A stretch of DNA of 64,000 nt from Ruditapes philippinarum (Eukaryota). The DNA lies in contig NW_026861130.1 of assembly GCF_026571515.1 (NCBI RefSeq), positions 124,001 to 188,000 on the forward strand. The letters are read 5' to 3'. Positions 39,143-51,500 of this stretch are shown here, piece after piece; the stretch's first letter is position 1, and each line of letters opens with the position of its first letter. The translations under genes were made by a program, and so were the position numbers. The notes beneath the pieces were generated by a model. The model ran no database searches, was not told where the DNA came from, and worked only from the letters and a program-made list of their open reading frames with translations.

Positions 39143-40453
39143 ACATATTTTAGTTTCGTTATAATTCCCCAACAAAAAAAAACAGAATGATATATTCCTA
39201 ATATTGCCTTGGACAGAAAAAATATTCATGTTTTTAGTTTTAAAAATTTATTACTTGTGTGTAAGGAAATATCTTATTCGAGTGATCCAAAAGTACTTAA
39301 ATGACACGTTGTTAATGAAGGTTTTAATATTTTCAAAAGGTCTCTGTAGTTTCTTTATAATGTTTGACAAATGTGGTAAAAATTGAAAAGCTCTGAAAAG
39401 CATTTCCAGTCACGTTGTATGCATCTAAAAACCCCGCAGCGGAGTCCTTTTAGTATCGACCATTCTTTAAAATTCGTGTCACAACTAACTGATATAGTAT
39501 ATTTACTTTGTTGTATCTCACTCAAGATTAAAACATTGTTGATGTAAAATATAATGGTAACATTTATTGCTGGGATACTATAAAGAGTAATCAACTCTTG
39601 ATCAATCAAAGGCTTGTTCACCATAAATATCTTGTACAAAGACTAACGTTTTCGTAAAAAACTGTATCTAGCCTTGTTAAGTACCCCTATATGTTTTACA
39701 AGGTCAATGTTATTACTAGCAACCCGAACATACGACTTTTTGATATTACGGGAGTTTCATGTTAATAAGGTCTTATCATTGAAGCCAAAAGCCATGAAAG
39801 AAACTAGTCAAAGGTACGAATATGGTCGAACTCCTTTTTACAGGTTAATTTCCTTTAACGAATCTTGTAGGCATTAGTGAACAGGACAACAACATAATGT
39901 AAATTAATGATTTCGAAGTACCACAAAAATATAACAACACTGAAGTGAAGTACGGGGCAACTTTTACAGCTGCCACACGACACTTGACGCCATACAAATC
40001 TGGAAAAATAAGACATGGTGTTCTATGACCAATAGCAAGTCTGATATTATAATCCAAGTTACACAATTTGTTGTTGTTTTTTTTTTTAATTATAACAATT
40101 TATTAACTTAATGTTATCACTAGGCTTTACGTAGTAAGATCTTTATATCTAAATTTATCTTAAAAACAGCAATTACTTTTGTGTATATAGATCTACAACA
40201 ACCGTTTTAGCAGCATTTCCTTTTATTTTGTTAGGAATTAATTGTTGGGTTAATTGATACTACTGTTATTTGCTTATATCGTCTGTATAGCGACTACATA
40301 TATAAAAAATCAAATGACATTTCCATGTGCATTTTCAGTTTAACACTTCTAAAATGTCCTTGCAATATCTGTGAAAACAACGCAAATAACGATTCTCTGA
40401 GAAGTTTTTTTCCCTGGCTTAATGATTAGTTGTGAGTAGTAACAAACACATAT

Positions 40454-40666
40454 GAGCCGCGTCACGACAAAACCAACATAGTGGGTTTGCGACCAGCATC
40501 CGCGCAGTCTGATCAGGATCCATGCTGTTCGCTTACAAACCCTATAACAAGTAAAGAAACTGATAGCGAACAGCATGGATCCTGATCAGACTGCGCGGAT
40601 GCGCACGCTGATCTGGATCCATGCTGGTCGCAAACCCATTATGTTGGTTTTGTCATAACGCGGCTC
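40454..40666. mobile_element. Palindromic MITE, second copy of the 2146-2380 family
   Basis: Same termini; ATAT at 40450-40453 and 40667-40670; absent from the paralogous sites near 30360 and 35222. Confidence 0.92.
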
Positions 40667-43600
40667 ATATATAGATTGCTATCGTTATAAAACTGCATAA
40701 AGAAAACTCAAAAGTATTTAATTAACCACAGATATACTGACAATCTGTCACTTTATTATGAACCCGATACATTAATGTTTATAAATGTCTTAAGCAATTA
40801 ACAGCATACACTGTCTATATAAGGTAAATCATATTCGGCTAATTGGCCATTAATATCCTTACTGTTTTCATATTTGATTGCAATGTGTATGCCTAACCTA
40901 TGTAAAGAACAATAAAATTGTGTCTCTTCATTTGATTTCAACATTCTAATGGATAAACAAATTCCTATTGGAAAATTTTTTAAACGACGTTTTACCAACA
41001 TTTTTGCCAAGGGTGTTCTTAAATTTTCGGCAATTGAATTGTCTTGGTAATAATAACATAATAAATGACGCAATTTAAAATTATTGTTATATAATAAAGC
41101 AAGGCGAGCTAGCTACTAGACATTTGTCTACATGTAAAAATCTCATAATATGACTAGTTAAGCAAGATGACACATATCAATCAATAACTGATTCATAATT
41201 TTAAAGTCAAGCATGTGATTGATGAAATTGTTGACATGACATAATTGAGTAGATTACGCTGTTCGTTTTGTAATTGCTAAATAAGTATCGTGCTGTAACA
41301 ATTTAAATAACGCATGGTATCAAAAGAAAGAGGAGAAAAAACACACTAAAAGCCTTTGCCTTTCATTCTAGTTTATTAGACCAGAAATAATATAACCGTC
41401 AAAGACTTTATAATAAGTACATAGTAATTCCATTTATTTTCGGCAATATGTAGATTGCTGACCAATGAAATCTTATATCTTTTTATAAGAGTTCGACCTA
41501 AATATGATTCTAGCATACACAAATAGTATTGTGCAAGCATATATTCAAATAGATATATAAAATTAATAAGAATAACATGGGCGTTTCTTTAGAAAAAATA
41601 ATTATTTATCTTCCAGAACTTACTCATATATTCTGTGTTCTGGGAGTTTTCGGTTTAATCGTATAAATGATCATAGAATAGATGTATCTTGTATATTGTT
41701 TTTGACAAAAATCCGCAATATATATTATTCTGATTGACTTTGAGTCGCGAGTCTCTCTTACACTGTCACGAAAACAAAAGAAAACTGAATATAAATAGTA
41801 AAAACAACAATGTAAAATATGATAATAAAAACATTATGAAAAGTAGTTGATGGAAGAATTAATTGCATCGCAAACGAAAAGTAAACATGTCTTCCCTATA
41901 AACAGGTCAATTTAGTTTCTATTCAGCTAATAGAATTTACGCATGTGCTATGCCCTTTGGTAATACAATAAACACGTAGTGATGGATATGGTTAAAGTAA
42001 CATTGACTGGCACACACACACATTAACAAAATATTTACATTATAGTCAAAGTCTACTTTGTCATTCTAAGTTAAGATCTGTTACAGGATGGGCGTCAATG
42101 TCTAAGGTAATATCAGAGTAATCGTCAAAGTCCCCTTTGACACAAAGTTAATATCTGTTACAGAGAAAGCGTCAAATTCACCTTTGTCTCTCAATGGTAA
42201 CATATTTCACTGCAACTTGTATTTAATTTTAGTCCTTACAATACATTCTAGCTTCCCTCATTTAGAATCATTATCGACCCGTGAATAGTGTTATTGATGA
42301 AACTGTTTACATAACAAAAACTTAAGTGGTTCGTTTGTTCATATTGTGATGGCAAACATGCCCCCAGTAGTTACACAGCTTATAACATGAATATTATTTC
42401 CTTCGTGAAAGCACATTATAAAACCTTTCATAATGCCTTCTGTAGCTATTTAGAATTGAAATATATGACGCGTAAGAAACTGTATAGCATCATATAAGGT
42501 TTTATGTATATGTTTATACAGATTGGTGCTTCTAGTATATAAGCACACAACGGTGGTTAAATATACGGTCAATTTATGCGTGGTTTCTGTACATACACTT
42601 ACTCTTAAAAAAATGAATAAAATGAAGATTATGTCTTAGGCATATGTAATACAATAATGCATAACGATATCAATTCAGTAAAATAACAACAATTTTTGCT
42701 GACACAAAGCAACTCTGAAAAAAAGAATCCTAAAACCATTTCATATTTTTTTACTTGCTCTTACTCAAATGATTAAGTCAGAGCTGCTTAGATACTTTTG
42801 AATTTTATAACTAGTTTTTGCTGTTTTTGTTTTTACTTACTATAATACTTATTTACTATGTCGTCCAGTGCGTTTATATTGATTATTGACATTAATTTTT
42901 TTCTATAGATACCAAACAGTACAAAAACCTTCCAAGTTATATTGAACATATAAATGCATGCAAGCAGGTTTGTTGTCAATAAATTTTTGAAAAAAGATGA
43001 AAAGTAATCCCGGTCCTTGCGTGTGTAAAATGTTTCTCATTTTCAGTAAATGTCAAGTTTTTCCATAAGATAAGCATGTCGTTATTAAAATGAAAGAAAT
43101 GTACTTAAAAGACTGTTAAGCGAAAGTCCGAAGAAGTCTTTGACTCTATGACCACATGTAGTCAATAGCAAGGACTCAGACTAAGGGATATGTAAATCCT
43201 TCATAAAGCATCCCCGACTTGAGTTCAAAATTTCAGATCATTCCCTGACTCCGTTTTTCCAGAATAATTATTCTGTTTGTGAAAAATAACCCCCAAGACA
43301 CAGCTTTTCGCTCAAATAGGATTAAGAATAGCACAAAACTACGATTTTTTTTTACTTATTTTTGAGTATATTTGTTTACTGCCTTTCTGCTTGTTTTAAG
43401 TGCCCCAGGTGTTCAATGTCGTGAATTCAAAAATAATGGTTAAGCCCTTTTGGACCTTAATGGAGTTCCTTTAATACTAAATTAACTACTCTGAAATTTA
43501 CATAATAAAACCTGATACAATAAGTGTAGGTGGAACTGATACTCTGATATATTCCCTCGACGTGATGATAAAACACCACCCATATTCTTCAACGAATTGC

Positions 43601-44149
43601 AAGAATTATAGCGTTTCCATGGTTACAAATAAGTTATTTTTAAAACACTCAATTACAAATGGTGTAAATAACGATTGAATGGCATGGAAAAGAAAAATAA
43701 TTTGATACGACTGTTTATCATAGACATTAAATGAATGGCTCACGCAAGAATTAAGTTCAATTTTGTTTCCAAATGTTTTACAAGCATTTATTTAATGATA
43801 TAAATTCGTGAACGACATCTATACATGAACAAATAAACAATTCTGCAAACAAATAAATATAAATTTATAGAGCAGAGTAGCTCAGATTATGTTTAACTTG
43901 AATAGCCATTGAATACAAAATGAGTGTTTCAAATACAGATCATCCGAAATCCAATCACCTGCAACGGATCGGATATTACAGTCGGAAATATAATATTTTA
44001 AGTCAATCAAAACCCATTTATACTGCTGCTGCAGATCAGCTTTCAGTTTTAATATTAATGGGAAAATATATGGGAAGTTGTCTAAAATCTGGGTCGCTGC
44101 AATATGTTTTTGTACTTTTTGATCATTACCAATACAGTGTGTGAAGAAA

Positions 44150-44435
44150 GTCCGAATCTAAGGCAATCTGAATCAAAGGCAAACCGAATCTATGGCAATC
44201 CTAACCGACGGCGATCCGAATCTTAGGCAATCCTTACAGAGGCCAATCCGAATCTAAGCTGAGGCAATCCGAATCTAAGGCAATCCTAACCTAAGGCAAT
44301 CCGAATATAAGGCATTCCTAATCGAGGCCAGTCCGAATATAAGGCAATCAGGATCTATTGCAGTTCTAATCTAAGGCAACCTGAATCTAAATCAATCATA
44401 ACCTAGGACAATCCTAACCAAAGGCAATCCGAATC
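44150..44435. repeat. 16-bp minisatellite, unit 3
   Basis: Same consensus as 32859-33110. Confidence 0.9.
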
Positions 44436-47400
44436 ACATCATTTAATTTCGTTATAATTCCCCAACAAAAAAAAACAGAATGATATATTCCTAATGATAT
44501 TTCCTTGGACAGAAAAAAATCATGTTTTTTGTTTTAAAAATTCATTACTTGTGTTTAAGGAAATATCTTATTCGAGTGATCCAGAAGTACTTAAATTACA
44601 CGTTGTTAAGATTACTTCGGTTTAAATGAAAGTTTTAATATTTTCAAAAGGTCTCTGTAGTTTCTTTATAATGTTTGACAAATGTGGTAAAAAATAAAAA
44701 TCAGATGTTTTCTTTTTTTCTGCATCAGCATTTAATGTCACGATTTTTAGGAAAACTAGAAAGCAGTAAGGGTGATGGGATAGTTATGAAAGAAATGACA
44801 CCAGTTATCTTTAAATTAAGTCCTTTGAATGCTTTAACCAAAAGGATTGAAAAAACATTGCAAAAAAAGAACGCTTACATAAGTTGGTTCTGATTGCCTA
44901 CATTGCAAGCGACTACAACACGCTGTCAAAGTATGTCTTTCAAAAACATTGCGGCCTACATTTTTACTGTTTTCTTTCTCTTTTTTTTTGTTTGTATAAT
45001 TGTTTAGCGTTTGTTATGAAATATTCAATACCTTAAATATGATGATAGCGGGAGAAATGATCAATAAAAATCAGTGATCGGTATCGATCATTTCATTTAA
45101 AACAATAAAACATGCATGAATATTTTAAAGCGCTATGTTTGTTGTCACTTTTAACATTCTTTAAAATTCGTAAAATTGCAAAACAATAATATTTTTGCTG
45201 GAAAAACGGAGTGAGCAATGATCTGAAATTTTGTACAAGAGTTATGAGTATAAACGTACATCAAGTGGTATAAAAATATTTCCAATCGCGTTGTATTAAA
45301 AGTCAGTGGAGTGCTTCTAATATCGACCATTCTTCAACTAACTGATATAGTATGTTTACTTTGTTGTATCTCATTCAAGGATAAAACATTGGTGGTATAA
45401 AATATAATAGTAACATTTATTACTTGGATACTATAAAGAGTAATCAACTCTTGATCAATGAGAGGCTTGTTCACCTTACACAGACTAACGTTTTTTGTAA
45501 ATAACTCAATCTAGCCTTGTTAAGTACGCCAATACGTTTTGCAAGGTGGCTTTTATTACTGGCAACACGAACATATAACAGGAGTGTCATGTTAATAAGG
45601 TCTTATAATTGAAGCCAAAAGACATGAAAGAACTGGTTAAATGCACGAAAATGATCGAACTTTATACTATTATTAATAAAGGTTAATTTCCTTTAACGAA
45701 TTGTGCAGGCATTAGTAAACAGGACAAAAACACTCTACTATGGCTACGAAACAACTGGAGGTCTATATTATTTTCTTATAATAAACCAGAAAATAAGATA
45801 ACATTTATAGTTTTAGATAATCATTCATTTTGAAAATGCGTAATATTTTCCTTTTCAATTTTTTCAATTTATTCATTTAAATAGATCTTCTTATAATATT
45901 TTAATGGAAAAGTACAATACTTAAGTTTTGCCTGTATCCATATAACACCATAGAAAACATGACCCAGTCTTAAGTTTTATAAAGAATTTGCTTAATTTTT
46001 GGAACTCCAGTGTGATTTAAGCAAATCAAATGCAAGAATTCACACACAAAAGAAGCGAGAACTGATTGTTTTATGCTGAACAGAAAGTTACATGAATATT
46101 TAGACTTATATATAAAAGTGTTACCCTGAGATTGTACAAGCCCATGTCAGTGCCTATCACTATACCTTTCTTGAGAGCCTATATATTGTAACTTGAACCA
46201 TTCTTGCGATTACATGAAGTAGTTTTGTAGTTAACTTTGCTGATCGCTAAATTATAAAAGAGAATAGGAGGCAGGTAGTTACAAAGTTATGGTTATTTTT
46301 TTAGTTTTTGATCAGTAAATTTAAATATTATTGATAAACTTCTGTTCTAGTGAATTTATACTAACTTGCAAAGTTTCTATTTTTTCCTAATTTCCACAAA
46401 TATCCTTAAATGGTATCATCACACCCAAAGGAATGCACACCTCAAGTATCACATTTCTCATTAACTATTGTATTTATTGGTACAAGATTTTTAATATCTA
46501 GTTTTACATGCACGAAGGGTTATAAACAGGTTCAATTTTATAATAAAAGACATTCTTGTGTATCTCTATTCCCTTTTCACTTTTTTTCACTTGGTTTCAT
46601 TCATCATATCTCTACATGTCTAGGTTACACCTTCATAGCAAAAAGGCAAATCCAGGATCTATTCGTCAGCCACCTGCTCTGCTGCGTAATGTAAATAGTG
46701 CATTCTAATTCCATATGATCTGTCAAATGTTTCCTTATGAATAATGTACATTTATCATATTTATTTAAAAAAGGAAAAAAAGATTTTAAGTAATGCATGT
46801 AATTTTATTAATATTCATAACAAGTCAGATTCAGCACTTTCAGAACATCATAATTAAGAAACAAATTTGGTTCAGGTCACAAAATAAAATCAAACCATGA
46901 TTTTTTCATATTCAACATACATCACAAAAAACTGCAAATCCTTGAATTTTAACATCAGCTTACAAAGGATTATATACAAAATAATATGCATAGAACATTA
47001 TAGAAGAACATAAATAAATATCACTTTGAAACTAGATTAAGACATACAAACATTCCTGAATGTACATAAATTGCAATATTTTCTTCAATTTTGAAAAATC
47101 TTGCCAAGTAAGACAAGTTAAAATTTCTGCAGATTATTACAAATTTATAATTCTTGCAAATTATGCATTTTTAATTAATCAAAAATGTACATGACAGGCA
47201 ATTGATATATGAAGTGTAAATGAAAACAGTTCCTGCTCTGAAAACAATGCTACTAGTAGTTTTAAAGTAAAACTGCCAAGTCGGGATATTAGAACAACCC
47301 AATATTCTGGAGAATGCAATATATCCAGCTTAGAGCAATATATAACCACAACTTTTGTCTCACCTTACCTTTGATCGAATAAAGTTGGTAAGATAAGCAA

Positions 47401-47638
47401 GTTGTTTCAGTAGAAGAATACAACATGCCATACAACAAAACTGTTTAGTACAATTAGTCCTTCACATTTATAAATCTAAGTAGGTAATTATGCAAAATAA
47501 AAAAGACTTGTACTGTTGTATTTGTATACTTAACAAAGCTCTTTCAGAATAAATACGAAGCAGCCATAAAAATACCTATAAACAAACATTTGAAGGCTGT
47601 GGATCATAAGAAACTCAATTAGGTTGAAAAAAAATATT

Positions 47639-47730
47639 AAATTCAAAGTCTTAATGACCTTGATCTGTAAAATTCAAGGTCTTGTTTATGACCTAGAGCT
47701 TTGAAATTCAAGGTCTTAATGACCTTGATG
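47639..47730. repeat. Three ~31-35-bp tandem units with palindromic core TCAAGGTCTTAATGACCTTGA
   Basis: aattcaaagtcttaatgaccttga / aattcaaggtcttgtttatgacctaga / aattcaaggtcttaatgaccttga. Confidence 0.75.
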
Positions 47731-48159
47731 TTTGACTAAATATATATTTTACCAGAGGTTTTTACATCTTTTATTTATTTTTACCGGAGCTTGTATTGAA
47801 CCAATTAAAAAACAAAACAAAACAAGAATATAAATAAAAATTGTATGTCTCACAATCATCAAGGATTCACTTCAGTCTAACAAAAACCATACATAAATAA
47901 CCAAACACACATATTGCTCTATTTATGATACTCTTAGGTTGTCCAAATATTTAAAAAAAAAAAATATTGTGACATAACACAAATGTTACAATATTTCTTG
48001 GTTCTGAAAATAGATCATTGGAAAATGTTTGACAATATGAATAATATTATGGCAACTGAACGTAAATGCAAGAATTTCCTCTGATCTCTAACATATATCA
48101 TTATCATTAAAATCAAATCCTTACCGATGCTCCATTTATTGTGTAGCATTTTATTTGTT

Positions 48160-48325
48160 TGATTGGGTTTTATGTCACATTGACACAGTATAGGTCATAC
48201 TGTGACTTTTCCAGCTTTACTGGTAGAGGAAGACCTCAGGTGCCCTTCTGCACATTATTTCAGGCACCCGAGTAGAACCACCGACATTCCATAAGCTAGC
48301 TGGACAGCTTACTCACACCAAATAA
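48160..48325 (-). mobile_element. SINE family B 3' portion
   Basis: Minus strand gtgagtaagctgtccagctagcttatggaatgtcggtggttctact...ggcacctgaggtcttcctctaccagtaaagctggaaa...aaaacccaa. Confidence 0.7.
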
Positions 48326-48549
48326 TCACATCAATTTCAAAGAAACAACCTTATAACTTTCTTATACAAAAATCTTTATAAAAAAAAAGAAAAAGCAATC
48401 ACATAAAAGTGTTTTCCTCCTTAAAAAAACACTATGCACAGTTTCACAGGGCAGTATTTCATTGTCCATTTAAAGTTACAAATCACCATCATTCGTACAA
48501 TGGCACACATCTATATTTTACATTTATTCAATATACTTAAGCTTAGTAT

Positions 48550-51500
48550 TCAAAACCACCCTATTCTTTTTTGTACTTTCTCTTCTTCCTGATACTGTTC
48601 TTCTGTTTCTATAAACGTGTCTCTGTCATATCCCTCATATATATCCGACTCTGTTGCCCTGGCAACTACAGACTGTGGTTGCTGTGGTAAATTATTTACA
48701 GCTGCCCGTAAAGGGAGCACATATAACCTATCGTCAATATCACTAAGAATTCCAAAGTTTCTAAGAAGATTTACAGCTTCCAGTGATTCGAACTCTATCT
48801 TGGTGCCTGTCACTTCATACACCCACTTCTCTATCCTTCCTTCCAGCTGTATGGCAGTCAGTCCACCTAAATCAAATTATAATGTAATATCTCAAGTTAA
48901 AACAAAATATCAACAACAGCATAATCAAAAGATTAGTGTTTGGAAATCAGGGCTTTTTTTCAAAGGTTGAGGAAGAAGCCCTATCCTTAATTTTGGGGGA
49001 AAATTACACGATATATTTGTAAAAGGTGAAGAAAAAACTTGATGTAAATTCAATTTTTGGGGAAAAGTGTATGAATTTAAAGAATTTTTCTTTGGGGAAG
49101 CAGCCTTATAAGGACCCCTGCTATAGAAGGACAAAAGGCCCTCAAAATATTTGATTTTTGACAAATTTGAATGTTTCATTTTATAAAATAAATTAATCAA
49201 AAGCCCAATTACATCAGAGAGATGGTCATAGACCACTGTATGTGTAAACACTCTCTATTTTCACATGAATTTCAGTTTAAAAAAATCTTGAAATAAATTT
49301 CTTGAATTTCTATCCATTCATGCATGTAGAAGATATTCTCCTGGCAAAATATGGACATTTCATCATCACTCCTTGATCTTGCACATATTGATCTAGAGTG
49401 GCAAGACTCAATTTTTTTACATCATACCTCTATGATTAAAAACAATTAAATTGTATATACACACATTGTCATACCTCTATCTAACCGTTGACCTCTATGT
49501 GTGAACTTAAACTGAATTTTGCACCAAATTACAATGGTAAACATTTGTGCAATTTATCTTAAAATCTCTCTGTGCATCTAGAAGTTTTGCTAAAGGCAAG
49601 CGTTTTCCATAGAATTCTGTTACTTTGATATTTGCAAAACATAAAGTACAATGTATCATTATTTTGAACATTTGTGTCAAGTAATACTTAAATCTCTCCA
49701 TGCATATGATTTGGACAAAGCTGGAGACTGTCTAGACTCTATATCACCAAGCCCACTTGGGCAATCCAATTATATATCGTTTGTTTTTTTAATACATAAA
49801 TATTAATTGGAAAGTAACTAACCTAATTCATGGGGTGACATCTCTATACTTCTCTTGCTGTACATTGTATCTGGCCTGTTTGCAAGGAGGAAGGTATACA
49901 CTAACAGCGCCTCTTTAAATGACTCATCCTCAGCCCTGTCTACAAGAAGAGCCAGCAAGCCTCGATTATTCGCTACATTCTTAAAGTATAACAGCCTTGA
50001 TAAATCTACAAGATATTTATTTCTCTTGTTTTTGTATAATGTCCAGCTTTGTGCAGCCATTAGCCCCGTTACACCACTCATTACCAACATCCAGTCCACA
50101 TTCATCGCTGCCAACACTGTAACCAACTTTGCAACGATACCAGTTACGGCAAAAGTCATAGATGTTGCAATAATTCCTTTGTCAAATTTACTTATTTCTA
50201 TTTTTCCATCTGGAAGCATCATTTCCAGTGCATTCACAGGAATTTCCTTGAAAGACTTTAACATAAGTTTTTGGTCTCGTTTGAATCGCAGAGCAATCAC
50301 AACACGTTTATAATACAGTTTTGGTTTAGGCATGTCCTCCTTCTTGATAAACAAAGCTTTATACCAAGGTACGCTCACTGGAATCTTCTCTCGTCCTAAC
50401 GCCCAGAATTTCATCACATCATACTTGTTTCTGTCCACTGAAACCTGTATAAACAAAAGGTCTTTTATCAAAGTCTAAAACATCTAAAGTATTGAATTTT
50501 GTAAAAATTCACAAATCTGTTTAACTTTCATTAACTCAAAAGCTGATTAAATTTTATTTTTTCATTGACAATTAAAATAAATATATAAAATTAAACAATT
50601 TTAAAAACTGACAAAGTTCCTTAATAAAAAAAGTTAGCATTTATTTCTATGAATCGTCTTCAGGGACTTTTTCATTTGATTGGGTTTTACATTTTGTAAA
50701 CCAGCTGGATAGCTCTCTAACATGAATGAATGCTTAGTCCCAGGTGGGATAAGTCCCAGCAAGTAAACCAAACAATGTTCTTTGAAAATGACTTTCACTT
50801 TACTTTCTCAAAACAGTGTGATATGATTTATATCTCACTAGCAGTGTCTATTCTAGGAGGGACGATGGGGGGATTCACCCATATTTTTGAGAATTCCCCC
50901 CTAATTTTTCAGAGGCAGGGGGAAAATTTTACATAGATAAAGAAGGAAAAAGATGAAAAAGATGTTATAAATTCGCACTTTTTGATTAAAATCCCCCCTG
51001 TTTTTCAAATCCTAGAATAGACACTGAACTAGTCCGTTTATGTATCTCATTTAAAATCATAAGATGAAGGTAGATATACAGAATACCTACTCTAACACCA
51101 TCTGACACCACATGCTCCTCTAATGCTTTATTAACAATCTCGTCTGGCAGTTCATGGAAGTTTGCTTTCTGCATTAAATCATCCAATCTTTGTAGCAACC
51201 AGAACTCATTTTCCTGACGCTCTCTTGGATTCCATTTCCTAGTTTCTATTGTGTCCTTGTCTGGGTTCAGTGGGTCAAAAAGATTCTGCAATATTAAAGA
51301 AAACAATATATACAAAATGTAAGTTGTTTGCCTTCTTTATCAAAATTCATAAAATTACAATAGTAACAAATAATTGTCAATAATAAATATCTAAGACATC
51401 AAACTTGGACAAAAATATTTGCACATTGAAATTTATTCATAATCAAAATAGGACCTAAGTAACATAAATGTCTATTCATCTGAACATTTGTTCAGTGAAT

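Larger units (their letters stand above)
29915..45730 (+). repeat. Three-copy head-to-tail segmental duplication (units approx. 29915-34645, 34646-39900, 39901-45730)
   Basis: Shared anchors: TGAAGTGRAGTAC near 29950/34690/39940; AGCAGAGTAGCTCAGATT near 32594/38632/43871; CTAGCCTTGTTAAGTAC near 34444/39668/45511. Each copy has different deletions. Confidence 0.9.

Noticed and set aside
32859-44435. Regularly spaced short repeats suggestive of CRISPR arrays
   Set aside because: Contiguous degenerate 16-bp units with no unique spacers, no cas genes and a eukaryotic context.
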